DNA of 64,000 bases. Origin: Chiloscyllium plagiosum. Lineage: Eukaryota. The position numbers and the translations under genes are program-made. How positions within the stretch are numbered: the first letter of the stretch is position 1; each line of letters begins with the position of its first letter. Shown here piece by piece: positions 37,001-49,000 of the stretch. The DNA is taken from contig NC_057751.1 of the NCBI RefSeq assembly GCF_004010195.1, positions 19,149,462 to 19,213,461 of the forward strand. Reading direction: 5' to 3'. The notes under the pieces are model-generated. The model saw only the letters and a program-made list of their open reading frames with translations. It did not search any database and was not told where the DNA came from.

Positions 37001-40000
37001 CCAGGTTCGATTCTAGCCTCGGGTGACTGTCTGTCTGTGTGGAGTTTGCACATTCTCCCCCTGTCTGGGTGCTCCGGTTTCCTCCTGCAGTCTAAAGATG
37101 TGCAGGTTAGGATAGATTGGACATATTAGATTGTCTTGTAGGTGGGTTAGCCATGGGAAATATAGGATGGGTTTGGGTGAGATGGTCTTTGGAGGGTCAG
37201 TCTTCCACACTGGAGGGATTCTAGAAAGAATTCTCTATATATACAAGTGTAGTCACAGAGACACTCAATCCTGTCCTCATTTTGTGTGTCCACTTTTCAA
37301 GAAAGGTCATTGAGGGCTAGCTAAATTCAGCAGTGACCAATCCTCAATTGTACAACTTACTCCTTTACCCATCCAGATGCCTTTTAAATGCTGTAATTAT
37401 ACCAGCCTCCACCACATCCTCTGGCAGCTCATTCCATACACGTACCACCCTCTGTGTGAAAAAGTTGTCCCTTAGGTCTCTTTTATATCTTTCCCCTCTC
37501 ACCCTAAACCTATGCCCTCTAGTTCTGGATGCCCCAGGGAAAAGACTTTGTCTATTTATCTTATCCATGCCCCTCATGATTTTATAAACCTGTATAAGGT
37601 CACCCCTCAGCCTCCGACGCTCCAGGGAAAACAGCCCCAGCCTATTCAACCTCTCCCTATAGCTCAAATCCTCCAACATCCTGGTCAATCTTCTCCAAAC
37701 CCTATCATGTTTCACAAGATCCTCCCGATAGGAGGGAGACCAGAATTGTACACAATATTCCAAAAGTGGCTTCACCAATACAGCCGCAATATGACTTTCA
37801 AACCCCTATACTCAATGCACTGACCAATAAAACCAAATGCACCAACCCCTGCCTTCATCACCCTGTCTTCCTGCAACGTATGCTCACACGCAAACTCAGC
37901 CACCTTGCGTGGGAATACAAAAATAACAACTGAAGGAGTGAAAAGTTGAAAAAAAAGTACGTTTTCAATCAGGTCACAGATGATGGCATTGTCAAAGTAT
38001 TTGATCTGCGTCCATTCGATCCCCTGAAAAATAGAAGAAGAATCAAGATAGGAGCAAATTACTGCAGATGCTTGAATCTGAACATTTTATTTTTGTTTTC
38101 AGAACAGGAAGCAAGCTCAGTGCACAGTGGGTTCTGGCTGATGGTTTTGGCTCCACTGTCAAAGACTTGAGCACGTGCGAGTGGTGCAGCCAAGAGCTGC
38201 ACACACTCAGCAAGACTCAACACAGCCAGGAGCAACTATCCCAGATGAAGAGCTTGTTCGGGCTGTCTGTCACATTTACCCACCGAGCGATCAGGAGAGC
38301 TCTTCCTGTCTTTAATGAATATTCATCAACGTGTACGCCAAAGGAGGGTGGGTGGGGGGTTGCTGAGGGATAGCTTACCTCTCGTACGTACTCTTCCTGC
38401 TCCTCTTTCAATGTCAGCTCAATGAAGATCTGCTGCAGCTTCTCATTACAGTAATTTATCACAAACTGCTCAAAATTATTGTCCTAAGAGAAGACACATA
38501 TGGGCAGGTTTGAGAAAAAGTGTCCAAAGCTCATCGGAATCAGAACTTGCATTTCTATAGTACCTTTCACAACCTCAAAGCCATCTCCGCACACTGCGAG
38601 CTGGTATTAATTGTTGTCAAGTAGGGAATGCGGCAGCCAATGTGTGCACAGCAAGCTCCTGCAAACAGCAGTGTGATAATGACTGGAGCATCCGTGTCGA
38701 CTGGGGAAGAAACATTGGGCTGGGATAGCACGGTGGCTCAGTGGTTGGTGCTGCTGCCTGACAGTGCCAGGGACCCGGGTTCGATTCCAGCTTCAGGTGA
38801 CTGGCTGCATATTCTCCCCCATGTCCGCATGGGTTTCCTCCAGGTACCCTGGTTTCCTCCCACAGTCCAAAGATGCGCAGATGCTAAATTGTCCCATAGA
38901 GCCCAGGGATGTGCAGGTTAGGGTGGATTGGCCATGCTAAATTGTCCTGTAGTACCCAGGGATATGCAGGTTAGGGTGGGATTGGCTGTGCTAAATTGTC
39001 CCGTAGTGTCCGGGGATGTGCAGGTTAGGGTGGGATTGGCCGTGCTAAATTGTCCCATAGTGCCCAGGGATGTGCAGGTTATGTTGGATTGGCCGTGCTA
39101 AATTGTCCCCCTAGAGCCCAGGGATGTGCAGGTTAGGGTGGATTGGCCATGCTAAATTGTCCTGTAGTGTCCCGGGATGTGTAGGTTAGGGTGGATTGGC
39201 CATGCTAAATTGTCCTGTAGTGTCCCGGGATGTGTATGTTAGCTGTGGGAAATGCAGGGTTACAGGGATAGGGATGGGTCTGGGTGAGTTGCTCTCCGGA
39301 GGGTCAGTGTGGACTCAGTGGGCCGAATGGCCTGCTTCCACATTGTAGGGATTGTGTGATGGAACCCTGGGAATTCTTTGTCTCCTAATGGCTGTGGGAT
39401 CTTTTACATCTAATTGAAAGCTTACACCTCCAATAAGGCAGCTTCTTCTGGGAGCATCAACCTCGACATTCAAGTCCCCACAGTGAGGTTTGTTGAACCC
39501 TGAACTTTTCGGTGTGGAGGTGAAAATGCTCCCAGACCCATGAGTAAAGAAGATGCTAAAGAGAACCAAAGCCATTCCCTGAAAACTTGGGATGGGAATG
39601 AAAAGGTACAGGCAATAGCACGGCGTTAACCGTTCACACTGGCTGAGAGGTGGTTAGTGCCTGTTCCTCTCAGCACAGACAAATTCCGAAGAGAGAAAAA
39701 TCTTATGGGTCAAAATGGAATCTCAACAAAAGCAACGTCTCCAAGTTAACAGCAAAGGAACACCATTCCAATCAGAAATGAGTGGAATGTGGAGCCACCA
39801 AAAAATATCAACATGAACCTTCAACATTTTCAGGTCAATCATTCGGAGCAGACATAAAATTCACTCCAAGTATTCATATTGGGCTCACTCAAATAAATGG
39901 GGGAAAACAAATAATGGCATTTGCTTTGAATAATCTCTCCAGAAAGTGCCGATGCTCCTGGAATTCTATTCCATGCATCGCAGTTTCTGGAATGTAAATA

Positions 40001-43000
40001 CTGTGTGGCATTTGCTGTTGTCAGCTTTATGTAACATGTCGCTGGCATTCTGCACTGCTGCTTTGCTCTGGGATCGTTCGACAGGAGAAATGATCATGTA
40101 AACTCACCTCCAAAATCTCAAATCCATAAATATCCAGCACTCCCATCACCTTCTTCTGGATCTTGCCTTTCACCTTGAATGGAAAGGATTCGAATTAATC
40201 TCAGTTTTCACCACCTTGTTTGTTTTGTCCCTTTATTCTTTCATGGGACGTGATTGTCACTGGTTGGGCCAGTATTTAATACCTGTCTCTAAATGCCCTG
40301 GAATGGAGTGGCTCGCTTGGCCATTTCAGAGGACATCAAAGAGTTAACCGCATTGCTATGGGTCCATGGTCATATTTAGGCCAGATCAGGTAAGAATGGC
40401 AGATTTCCTTCTTTAAAATGGAAATTAGGTTTTTTTCTTAACCACAATTGATGATAACGTCATGGCTGCAAGGTTAACTATAGGTTTATTAACATAATGT
40501 TAAATTCCAACAGCTACCATAGTAAGAATTGAAGCCCATGTCCTCAGAGCCTGGGTCTCAGAATTTCTAGGCCTATGATACAAACAATACACCACCGACT
40601 CCTGCAGAATGTTAAGACATCCTAATCAGCTCCCATATTCCATTCCAGTGCTGAACTCCCAATCTTCTCCCCTTCTCTCCGGAAGGCACTCTCTTGTGCA
40701 ATAGTAAATTCCACCGACATTACTCCAGAACCTGGGACAAATGGCTGTCATTCACATGTGAATAATTCAAGAACAATGGGAGGGATAAACTAGGAAATGA
40801 TAGACCAATGAGTCTAACATCAGTGGACGGAGACTGTTGGAAAAGATCCAGAGGGACAGAATTAGCCTCTACTTAGAGAGGCGAGGGTGGATCAAGGATA
40901 GTCAGCGTGGCTTTGTCAGGGGGAGAGCAGGTCGAACAAATTTGATTGAATTTTTCAAAGAGGTGAGTAGATTTGTCGATGAGACTACTGCGGTGGATGT
41001 AGTCCATGTGGATGCCAGTAAGGCTTTTGACAAAATGCCACATGCGAGACTGGTCAAGAAGGTAACTGCCCATGGCATCTAGGACAATTTGGCACATTGG
41101 ATCCAAAAGTATTTGAGTTGCAGGAGGCAGAGGGTGTTTTTGTGACGAGGTGCCTGTGTCCCGTGGTGTAACACAGGGTTTGGTGCTGGGTCCCTTACCG
41201 TTTACTTTGTGCATTAATGATTCCGACACAAATATAGGCGGAACAATCCGTAAGTTTGAGAATGGCATGTAAATAGCCCGCAGGAAAGCCTTAGACTCCA
41301 GGACAATATAGACGGGCTTGACAGAAAGCCAAAACAGCAGCAAATGGAACTTAATCCTGGAAACGTTACGATGGAGCTGTATATAATGTTAGTAAGACCA
41401 CTGTGCTGTGTGCAGCTCTGGCCCCCACATTATTAGAAGGATGTGATTGCACTGGAGCGGGTGCAGAGGAGATTAACCAGGATATTGCCTGGGCTAGAGA
41501 GACTCAGTGATGAAGAGAGGCTGGATAGGCTGGGGCTGTTTTCCTTAGAGCAGAGAAGGCTGAAGGGGAACCTGATTGAAGTGGACACAGTTCTGACAGG
41601 GGTGGGTGTAGACAGGGAAAATAGGGAGAAACCTTTCCCTTTAGTAAAGAGGTCAATAACCAAGGAGCATAGATTTAAGGTAAGGGGCAGGAGGTATAGA
41701 AGGGGTTTAAGGAAGAACATTTTCACCCAGAATGGGTGGGAATCTGAAACTCACTGCCTGTGAGGGTGGGAGACATGGGAACCATCACAACATTGATAAA
41801 GGATTGAGATGAACACATTAAATGCCTGAGTATACAGGACCCAGGGCCAAGTGCTGGGAAATGAGACTACAGTAGAGAGGAGCTCGATGGACACCATTGG
41901 CCAAAGGGCCTTTTTCCATGCCATATGACTCTATGACAGCTATTTGACTGTGAGGGGCATCAGAGCCAACCCAATACTGTCCTCAATTGGAATCTCAGTA
42001 CAAATGTACTTTGCTGCAGGATAGTGATGAGGAGACCCATTGGGGTGACTGAGTTTTGCCAGCAGCAATGAAACCAACTGTCCCATCCTAAAGAGGAGAC
42101 TGAACCCAGGGGAACCTCTTCATTGTAAGCCTCCGTAATACACTGTACTCTCCGAACCACTTAGGGAACTCCTCATACATAGTTAATTCCTCTTGAATAA
42201 TTACTGACATGGATAATTTGACTCAATTTTCCCACAGTGTTCTATAAGTTCTCTCCATAATATGATCACAGCAAGGAGTAACTGCAGGGATTCAGTTATA
42301 CAGCACTGGCATTTATCCAACTGAGCTCCAATATGAAGAACACAGAATCCCTACAGGGTCTGATTACCTGGATACTTTCATTAATTCGGTTCACCAGCCA
42401 GTTAAACAAGCGGTCATAAAGGTTTTTAGCCAAAGCATCACGTGCATAGTTACCCTGTACAAAAAAGAACACATCTTTATTATGAGGTTGTCATGTGTCA
42501 TTCATCCTGTTAAAAATTCAGAACTAATTCAGGAACTGTGCACACAAATTAAAAACAAAATAATGCTATAATATCCTTTGAATTGTTTGTGACTTATAGA
42601 GGGTAAAGAGAAATACAACATGCGCTGGATGAGGCACTGGGCCTTTCAGCTCTGGAACGTGGCTTTGAATGCGGGTCAGTTCAGTGGGTGAAAACTTCCT
42701 CAGTGCCTATAAAGGTTCGAACTGAAAGCTGTGTCTGCCCAGTTCCTCCTTACAGTAACAGGTAAGGTCACCCTAGTCCCAAAGGGCAGCTCTCTCTTTC
42801 GAGAGAGACGGCTGGTGGTGAGTCTAACCTGAGGGTCACCACACCTCAGACAAGGGGAGAGGTTGAGAAGGAGGGACCTTCATAGTAACCTCAGCTGGTG
42901 CAGACATTGAACTCACGCTGTTGGTAGCACACAAGCAGCCACCCAGCCAACCGAGCTAACAAACTCCAAACCATTAAGGGAGCATTGCATTAACAGTAAC

Positions 43001-46000
43001 AACCATGACTCTGTATTGCTTGCTCCCAGGTCTCTCGGTATCACTCCTTAGATTTCTTTTAAATGTTATACTTCACCTGAGCAACAGATAATGTTGTCAT
43101 CACTTTATCCCCTTTGGCTTCCACAGTGCGTGAGCACAGTGCTTGGTTGAGAATGGACTGATTGAGACCAATCAAACTGCAGATTTCACTCAGTACTGCA
43201 CAGAAAAACAAACACCAACACTTTTAAACTCAACTCTCAGAATGCAAGAAACGTGCAGACATTAGTTGACAGACCTCCCTCTGTGTCAATATATGTGCAT
43301 CTTCCCTACAAGTGATTGTCGTGGGGACATCACAGCCAGGTTTCTCCCAGCAGGCTTTGCTATTGGCCCTCAGAAGGTTCTGGGTGGGGAACAGTAAAGA
43401 CTATGTGGAAGATAAGCTTCAACAATATTGACTATGAAGGTGAGATACAGCAGTTAGATTGTGTGTTGATGCCTTGTCCTTGGTTGGGCTGCTGTAGGAT
43501 TATTCCTGTCCCTGTCCAAACAGCATGACCTGATAGTACTGACCCAAATACCACCAGATGAAGGAGCAACTCATCAACTTAGCTCCATATCCTTAGGAAT
43601 GTAGGAACAGGAATGTGGTGCCACTGTTTAAGAAGGGTGGTAAGGACAAGCCAGGCAACTATAGACCAGTGAGCCTGACGTCAGTGGTGGGCAAGTTGTT
43701 GGAGGGAATCCTGAGGGACAGGATGTACATGTATTTGGAAAGGGTAAAAACAATGACTGCAGATGCTGGAAACCAGATTCTGGATTAGTGGTGCTGGAAG
43801 AGCACAGCAGTTCCGAGGAGCAGTAGTACTGCCTGAACTGCTGTGCTCTTCCAGCACCACTAATCCAGAATGTATTTGGAAAGGCAAGGACTGATTAGGG
43901 ATAGTCAATATGGCTTTGTGGGTGGGAAATCATGTCTCACAAACTTGATTGAGTTTTTTGAAGAAGTAACAAAGAAGACTGATGAGGGCAGAGCAGTAGA
44001 TGTGATCTATATGGACTTCAGTAAGGCATTCGACAAGGTTCCCCATGGGAGACTGATTAGCAAGGTTAGATCTCATGGAATACAGGGAGAACTAGCCATT
44101 TGGATACAGAACTGGCTCAAAGGTAGAAGANNNNNNNNNNNNNNNNNNNNNNNNNNNNNNNNNNNNNNNNNNNNNNNNNNNNNNNNNNNNNNNNNNNNNN
44201 NNNNNNNNNNNNNNNNNNNNNNNNNNNNNNNNNNNNNNNNNNNNNNNNNNNNNNNNNNNNNNNNNNNNNNNNNNNNNNNNNNNNNNNNNNNNNNNNNNNN
44301 NNNNNNNNNNNNNNNNNNNNNNNNNNNNNNNNNNNNNNNNNNNNNNNNNNNNNNNNNNNNNNNNNNNNNNNNNNNNNNNNNNNNNNNNNNNNNNNNNNNN
44401 NNNNNNNNNNNNNNNNNNNNNNNNNNNNNNNNNNNNNNNNNNNNNNNNNNNNNNNNNNNNNNNNNNNNNNNNNNNNNNNNNNNNNNNNNNNNNNNNNNNN
44501 NNNNNNNNNNNNNNNNNNNNNNNNNNNNNNNNNNNNNNNNNNNNNNNNNNNNNNNNNNNNNNNNNNNNNNNNNNGGGCATGGATAGGATAAATAGACAAA
44601 GTCTTTTCCCTGGGGTTGGGGAGTCCAGAACTAGAGGGGCATAGATTTAGGGTGAGAGGGGAAAGATATAAAAGAGACCTAAGGGGCAACTTTTTCACGC
44701 AGAGGGTGGTACGTGTGTGGAATGAGCTGCCAGAGGATGTGGTAGAGGCTGGTACAATTGCAACATTTAAGAGGCATTTGGATGGGTTTATGAATAGGAA
44801 GGGTTTGGAGGGATATGGGCCGGGTACTGGCAGGTGGGACTAGATTGGGTTGGGATATCTGGGTCAGCGTGGACGGGTTGGACTGAAGGGTCTGTTTCCA
44901 TGCTGTACATCTCTATGACCCCATGACTCTATGAACAGGAGGAAGCCATGTCTGATCTGGGTCTTAGTTTTCATATTTTCAATTGAGTTCCAGCTTTAAC
45001 AACTGTTGGAGAGAGAGAGTTCCAAGTTTCCACTCCCTTTTATTTGAACAGAGGAGCAGGTGAGGTCATTCACTCCCTCAGGCCTGCTCTGCCATTCCAG
45101 ATCATTGTTAATCATGTCCCTCAACACCATCTTCCTGACTATCCCTTGATGTAATTAGTGTCTAGAAAGCTATTGATCTGCATTGAGGCTGCTCAATGAT
45201 TGAAGTTGCACAAAGCCTCTGGGTACAGAATTCCAAGAATTCACCATCCTCTCAGAGAACATATTCCTCCTCAACTCAATCCTTACTGTGAGACGGTGTC
45301 CCCTAGTTCTACACTCCTCTATGCCCAGCCTCCTTCCTGCATCTCCTCTCCCCCCTCCACCCCGTCGAGCCCTGACAATTTTGTAAATTTCATTGAGACC
45401 TCTTCCCATTCATCTAAACTCCAGAGAGTTACAGATGCATGCGCCTCGATCCCTCCTACCATCCCAGGGGTCAGTCTGGTGTCCCTCCACTGTGCTCCCC
45501 TCTGTGCAGCGTAAACCCTCCCTTAGAACTGCATGCAATATTCCAGATGCAGTCTCACCAAAGCTCTGTACAACTAAAGTAAGACATTTTTACTCTGGTA
45601 CTATAAAACCATAAGATATAGGAGCAGAAATTAGGCCATTCAGCCCATCGAGTCTGCTCCACCATTCAATCATGGCTAATAAGTTTCTCAATCCTATTGT
45701 CCTGCTTTCTCCCTATAACCCTTGTTCCCCTTGATACTCAAGAACCTATCTATCTCCATCTTAAATATACTCAGTGACCTGGCCTCTGCAGCCTTCTGTG
45801 GCAATGAATTCCATCGACTCACAACTGTCTGGCTGAAGAAGTTTCTCCTTATCTCTGTTCTAAAAGGTCTTCCCTTTACTCCAAATCTGTGCCTTCGGAC
45901 CCTCGTCTCTCCTACCAATGGAAACCTCTTCCAACATGTCAAGGCCATTCAGTATTTTGTATGTTTCAATTAGATCCCCCCCTCATCCTTCTAAATTCCA

Positions 46001-49000
46001 TTTAGTATAAACCTAGAGTCCTCAAATGTTCCTCATATGTTAAGCTTTTTCCATTCCTGGACCATTCTTGTGAACCTCCTCTGAACACACTCCATGGCCA
46101 TGACATCCTTTGAGATATGGGGCCCAAAACTGCGCACAATACTCCAACTGCTGTCTTACCAGAGCTTTATAGAGCCTCAGAAGTACATCCCTGCTTTTAT
46201 ATTAAAGTCCTCTCAAAATAAATGCCATCATTGTATTTGCCTTCCTAACTACTGACTCAACTTGATGAAAGCCAATGTACTGGCTGCATTTCCAAACTGC
46301 TTGCTGAACCTGCGTGCTAGATTTTGACTTCTGAATGTGGATACTCCAGTCTTTTTGAACACTGACACTTCCCAGTCTCTCCCTGTTTAGGGAAATACTC
46401 GACACCTCCATTTCTCCTTCCAAACAGGGGAATCTCAGATCTTGCCACATTACACCTGCCCATTTTATGTGAAGAGGTAACAAAACCAGAAGTTGCTGGA
46501 AAAGCTCAGCAGGTCTGACAGCATCTGTGGAGAGAAATCAGAGTTAACGTTTCAGGTCAGGAGACCCTTCCTCAGACCCTTTCTCTCCGCAGATGCTGCC
46601 AGACCTGCTGAGCTTTTCCAGCAACTTCTGTTTTTTTTTGTTTCTGAGTTATAGCATCTGCAGTTCTTTCAGTTTTTATTATGTGTCATGGTGCTCCCTG
46701 AATGAAGGGCTTTTGCCCGAAACGTCGATTTTCCTGCTCCTCGGATGCTGCCTGAACTGCTGTGCTTTTCCAGCACCACTCTAATCGAGACCCTGCTCCC
46801 TGAATGGCCTGGCATTAATTTGAGATTTCTGTTACTTGTTCTGGTCTCGTACCACACCAGAGAAGATAGTTTCCTTTGGTCGACCCTACTGAATCTTTTA
46901 ACGATTTTAAACACTTCAGTCAAGGGAATACAGGCAAAACCTATGAGACCTATCCTCATAATTGAGCCCATTTTAGCCTTGGGATCCTTACCTTTCGTAG
47001 CGAAGAGTGTGGTGCTGGAAAAGCACAGCAGGTCAGGCAGCATCCGAGGAGCAGGAAAGTCGATAGCCCTGATGAACGGCTTATGCTTGAAACATTGATT
47101 CTCCTGCTCCCCAGATGCTGCCTGACCTGCTGTGCTTTTCCAGCGCCACACTTTTCGACAATGATCTCCAGCATCTGCGGTCCTCACTTTCTCCTTACCT
47201 TTAGTATCGTCAATGTAGCATCGTTCCATGCCAGTCGTCTGAAATTCTGACTTCAGCGTGATGTTGCCAAGTTTAAGTACGACTGCAACAGTCTCCATAA
47301 TGGAGTCCACCTCAGCGTTACTGAATCCGATGACCTCCATGGCAGTCTGCAATACAAGCAGTCAGACATCCAATGCAGTAATTGTGGATGGTCGCTTCAT
47401 TTTAGCTCTGGAAAACAACTTGGTCAGAGCTCCACGAGTTCTCCAAATGTCACTCGGTGTAACCAGAATCAACCATAGTAATAATATCAATTTGACCTCG
47501 CTGGTTGCTAAGAATGCAGAAAGATCTTTTAAAAATTGTGCCAACTGCCAATGGAATCACAGAAATTTACAACACAGAAGGGGACCATTTGGCCTATGTG
47601 GTCCACCCTGCCCCTTCAAACAAGCATCTTCCCCAGTGCTACTCTCCTGCTTTTACCCCATGTCCTTGCACCCCATTTCTATCCAAATAACCATCCAATG
47701 CCCCTCTTGAGTGCCTCAATGGAACCAGCTTCCATCACATTTCCAGGCAGTACATTACTAACTCCTCACTGGGTGAGTTTGCACATCACTTTAAATCTAT
47801 GTCATCTTGTCTTGTTCTCTTCACAAGTGGGAACAACTTCTTCCTATCTACTCTGTGCCAGAGATAGGTGAAAATCTTCCCATGGTTCAATGCAGCAACT
47901 CTAATTCAGGAGATAATTATGAACTTTATGTTCGGGATTACACAATGCATCAGACCACAAATGTTTATTGATTTATTTTATTGTTGAAAAGTTACATGCA
48001 CATATGTGTCCAGTGTAATGAAATCATCGCATTTTAAGTGTACAACCTTGTGTATACTTTAGCTTGCGTTTGCCCATCTACTTGAAGGTCCCATTTTACA
48101 ATTGAGAAGGATATTCACATAAAAGCAGAAAGAGCTCGCAATTAAATTGCACCTTTTACATCGTCAGGATGTTCCAAAGCATTTTGCGGCCAATTAAGTA
48201 ATTTTTAAGTGCAGGTTGTAGTTACGTATGGCAAAAGCAGCAATCAACTTGCGCACAACAAGGTATCAGAAACAGCAAACAACAATAAAATGTTCTGCTT
48301 TCAAGATGTCAGTTGAGGGATACCTATCTTCCAGATCACTGGAATTTCTCTGCTTCCAATAGAGGCCGTGGGATCCTCTATCCCCACCTGAAGGGGCACT
48401 CAGGGCGTCAATTGGAAGACAGCACCTCGAACAGAGCAGTGCTCCGATTTTGTCAGCTGGCAGTGTCAGCTGAGATTGTCTGCTCAGGTTTCTACAATGT
48501 CACTTGAACCAACAACCTTCTGACCAGAAATGAGGGTGCGAACCACTGAACCGTGCCCTGACACTCGATTATTAAGTTAATTTATCTTAAAGAGTACATT
48601 TTGATTGTATGACATTTGTGAGGTTAAGTGTATTGAATACGTTCAGGTTTCTCAGTATGCCTATGTTTGCGCTGGCTCAAGCAGTTCATGCAACTGGTTT
48701 GTCTTTGGTCTCTTTAAAGCACTAATTTATGTTCCTATAGAAAGGCAAGATGCAAGTTCATGCCCTCAGAGCTCCATGCTGTTATGATGCCACCCTGCTC
48801 TGCATATATTAGGTACAAAATACACACGACCAGGAGCAGCAGTAGACCATTTGGCCCTCTTCAGCGTGCTATACCATTCAATAAGATCTGATTACACTTC
48901 ACCCCCACATTCCTGCCTATTCCCTGGTAACCTTCCCCTTCCCTCCCCTGTCCCGTTCTTACCAATAATCTATCCATCTGTATCTTTAAAATATTCAAGG

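Noticed and set aside
43870..44698. ORFs of 162-238 aa
   Set aside because: Inflated by the N gap; the flanks are CR1 RT.
46698..46730. Hammerhead-like ctgaatgaagggc...gaaacgtc
   Set aside because: The ctgaatg part belongs to the target-site duplication and does not give CUGANGA; the core is incomplete.
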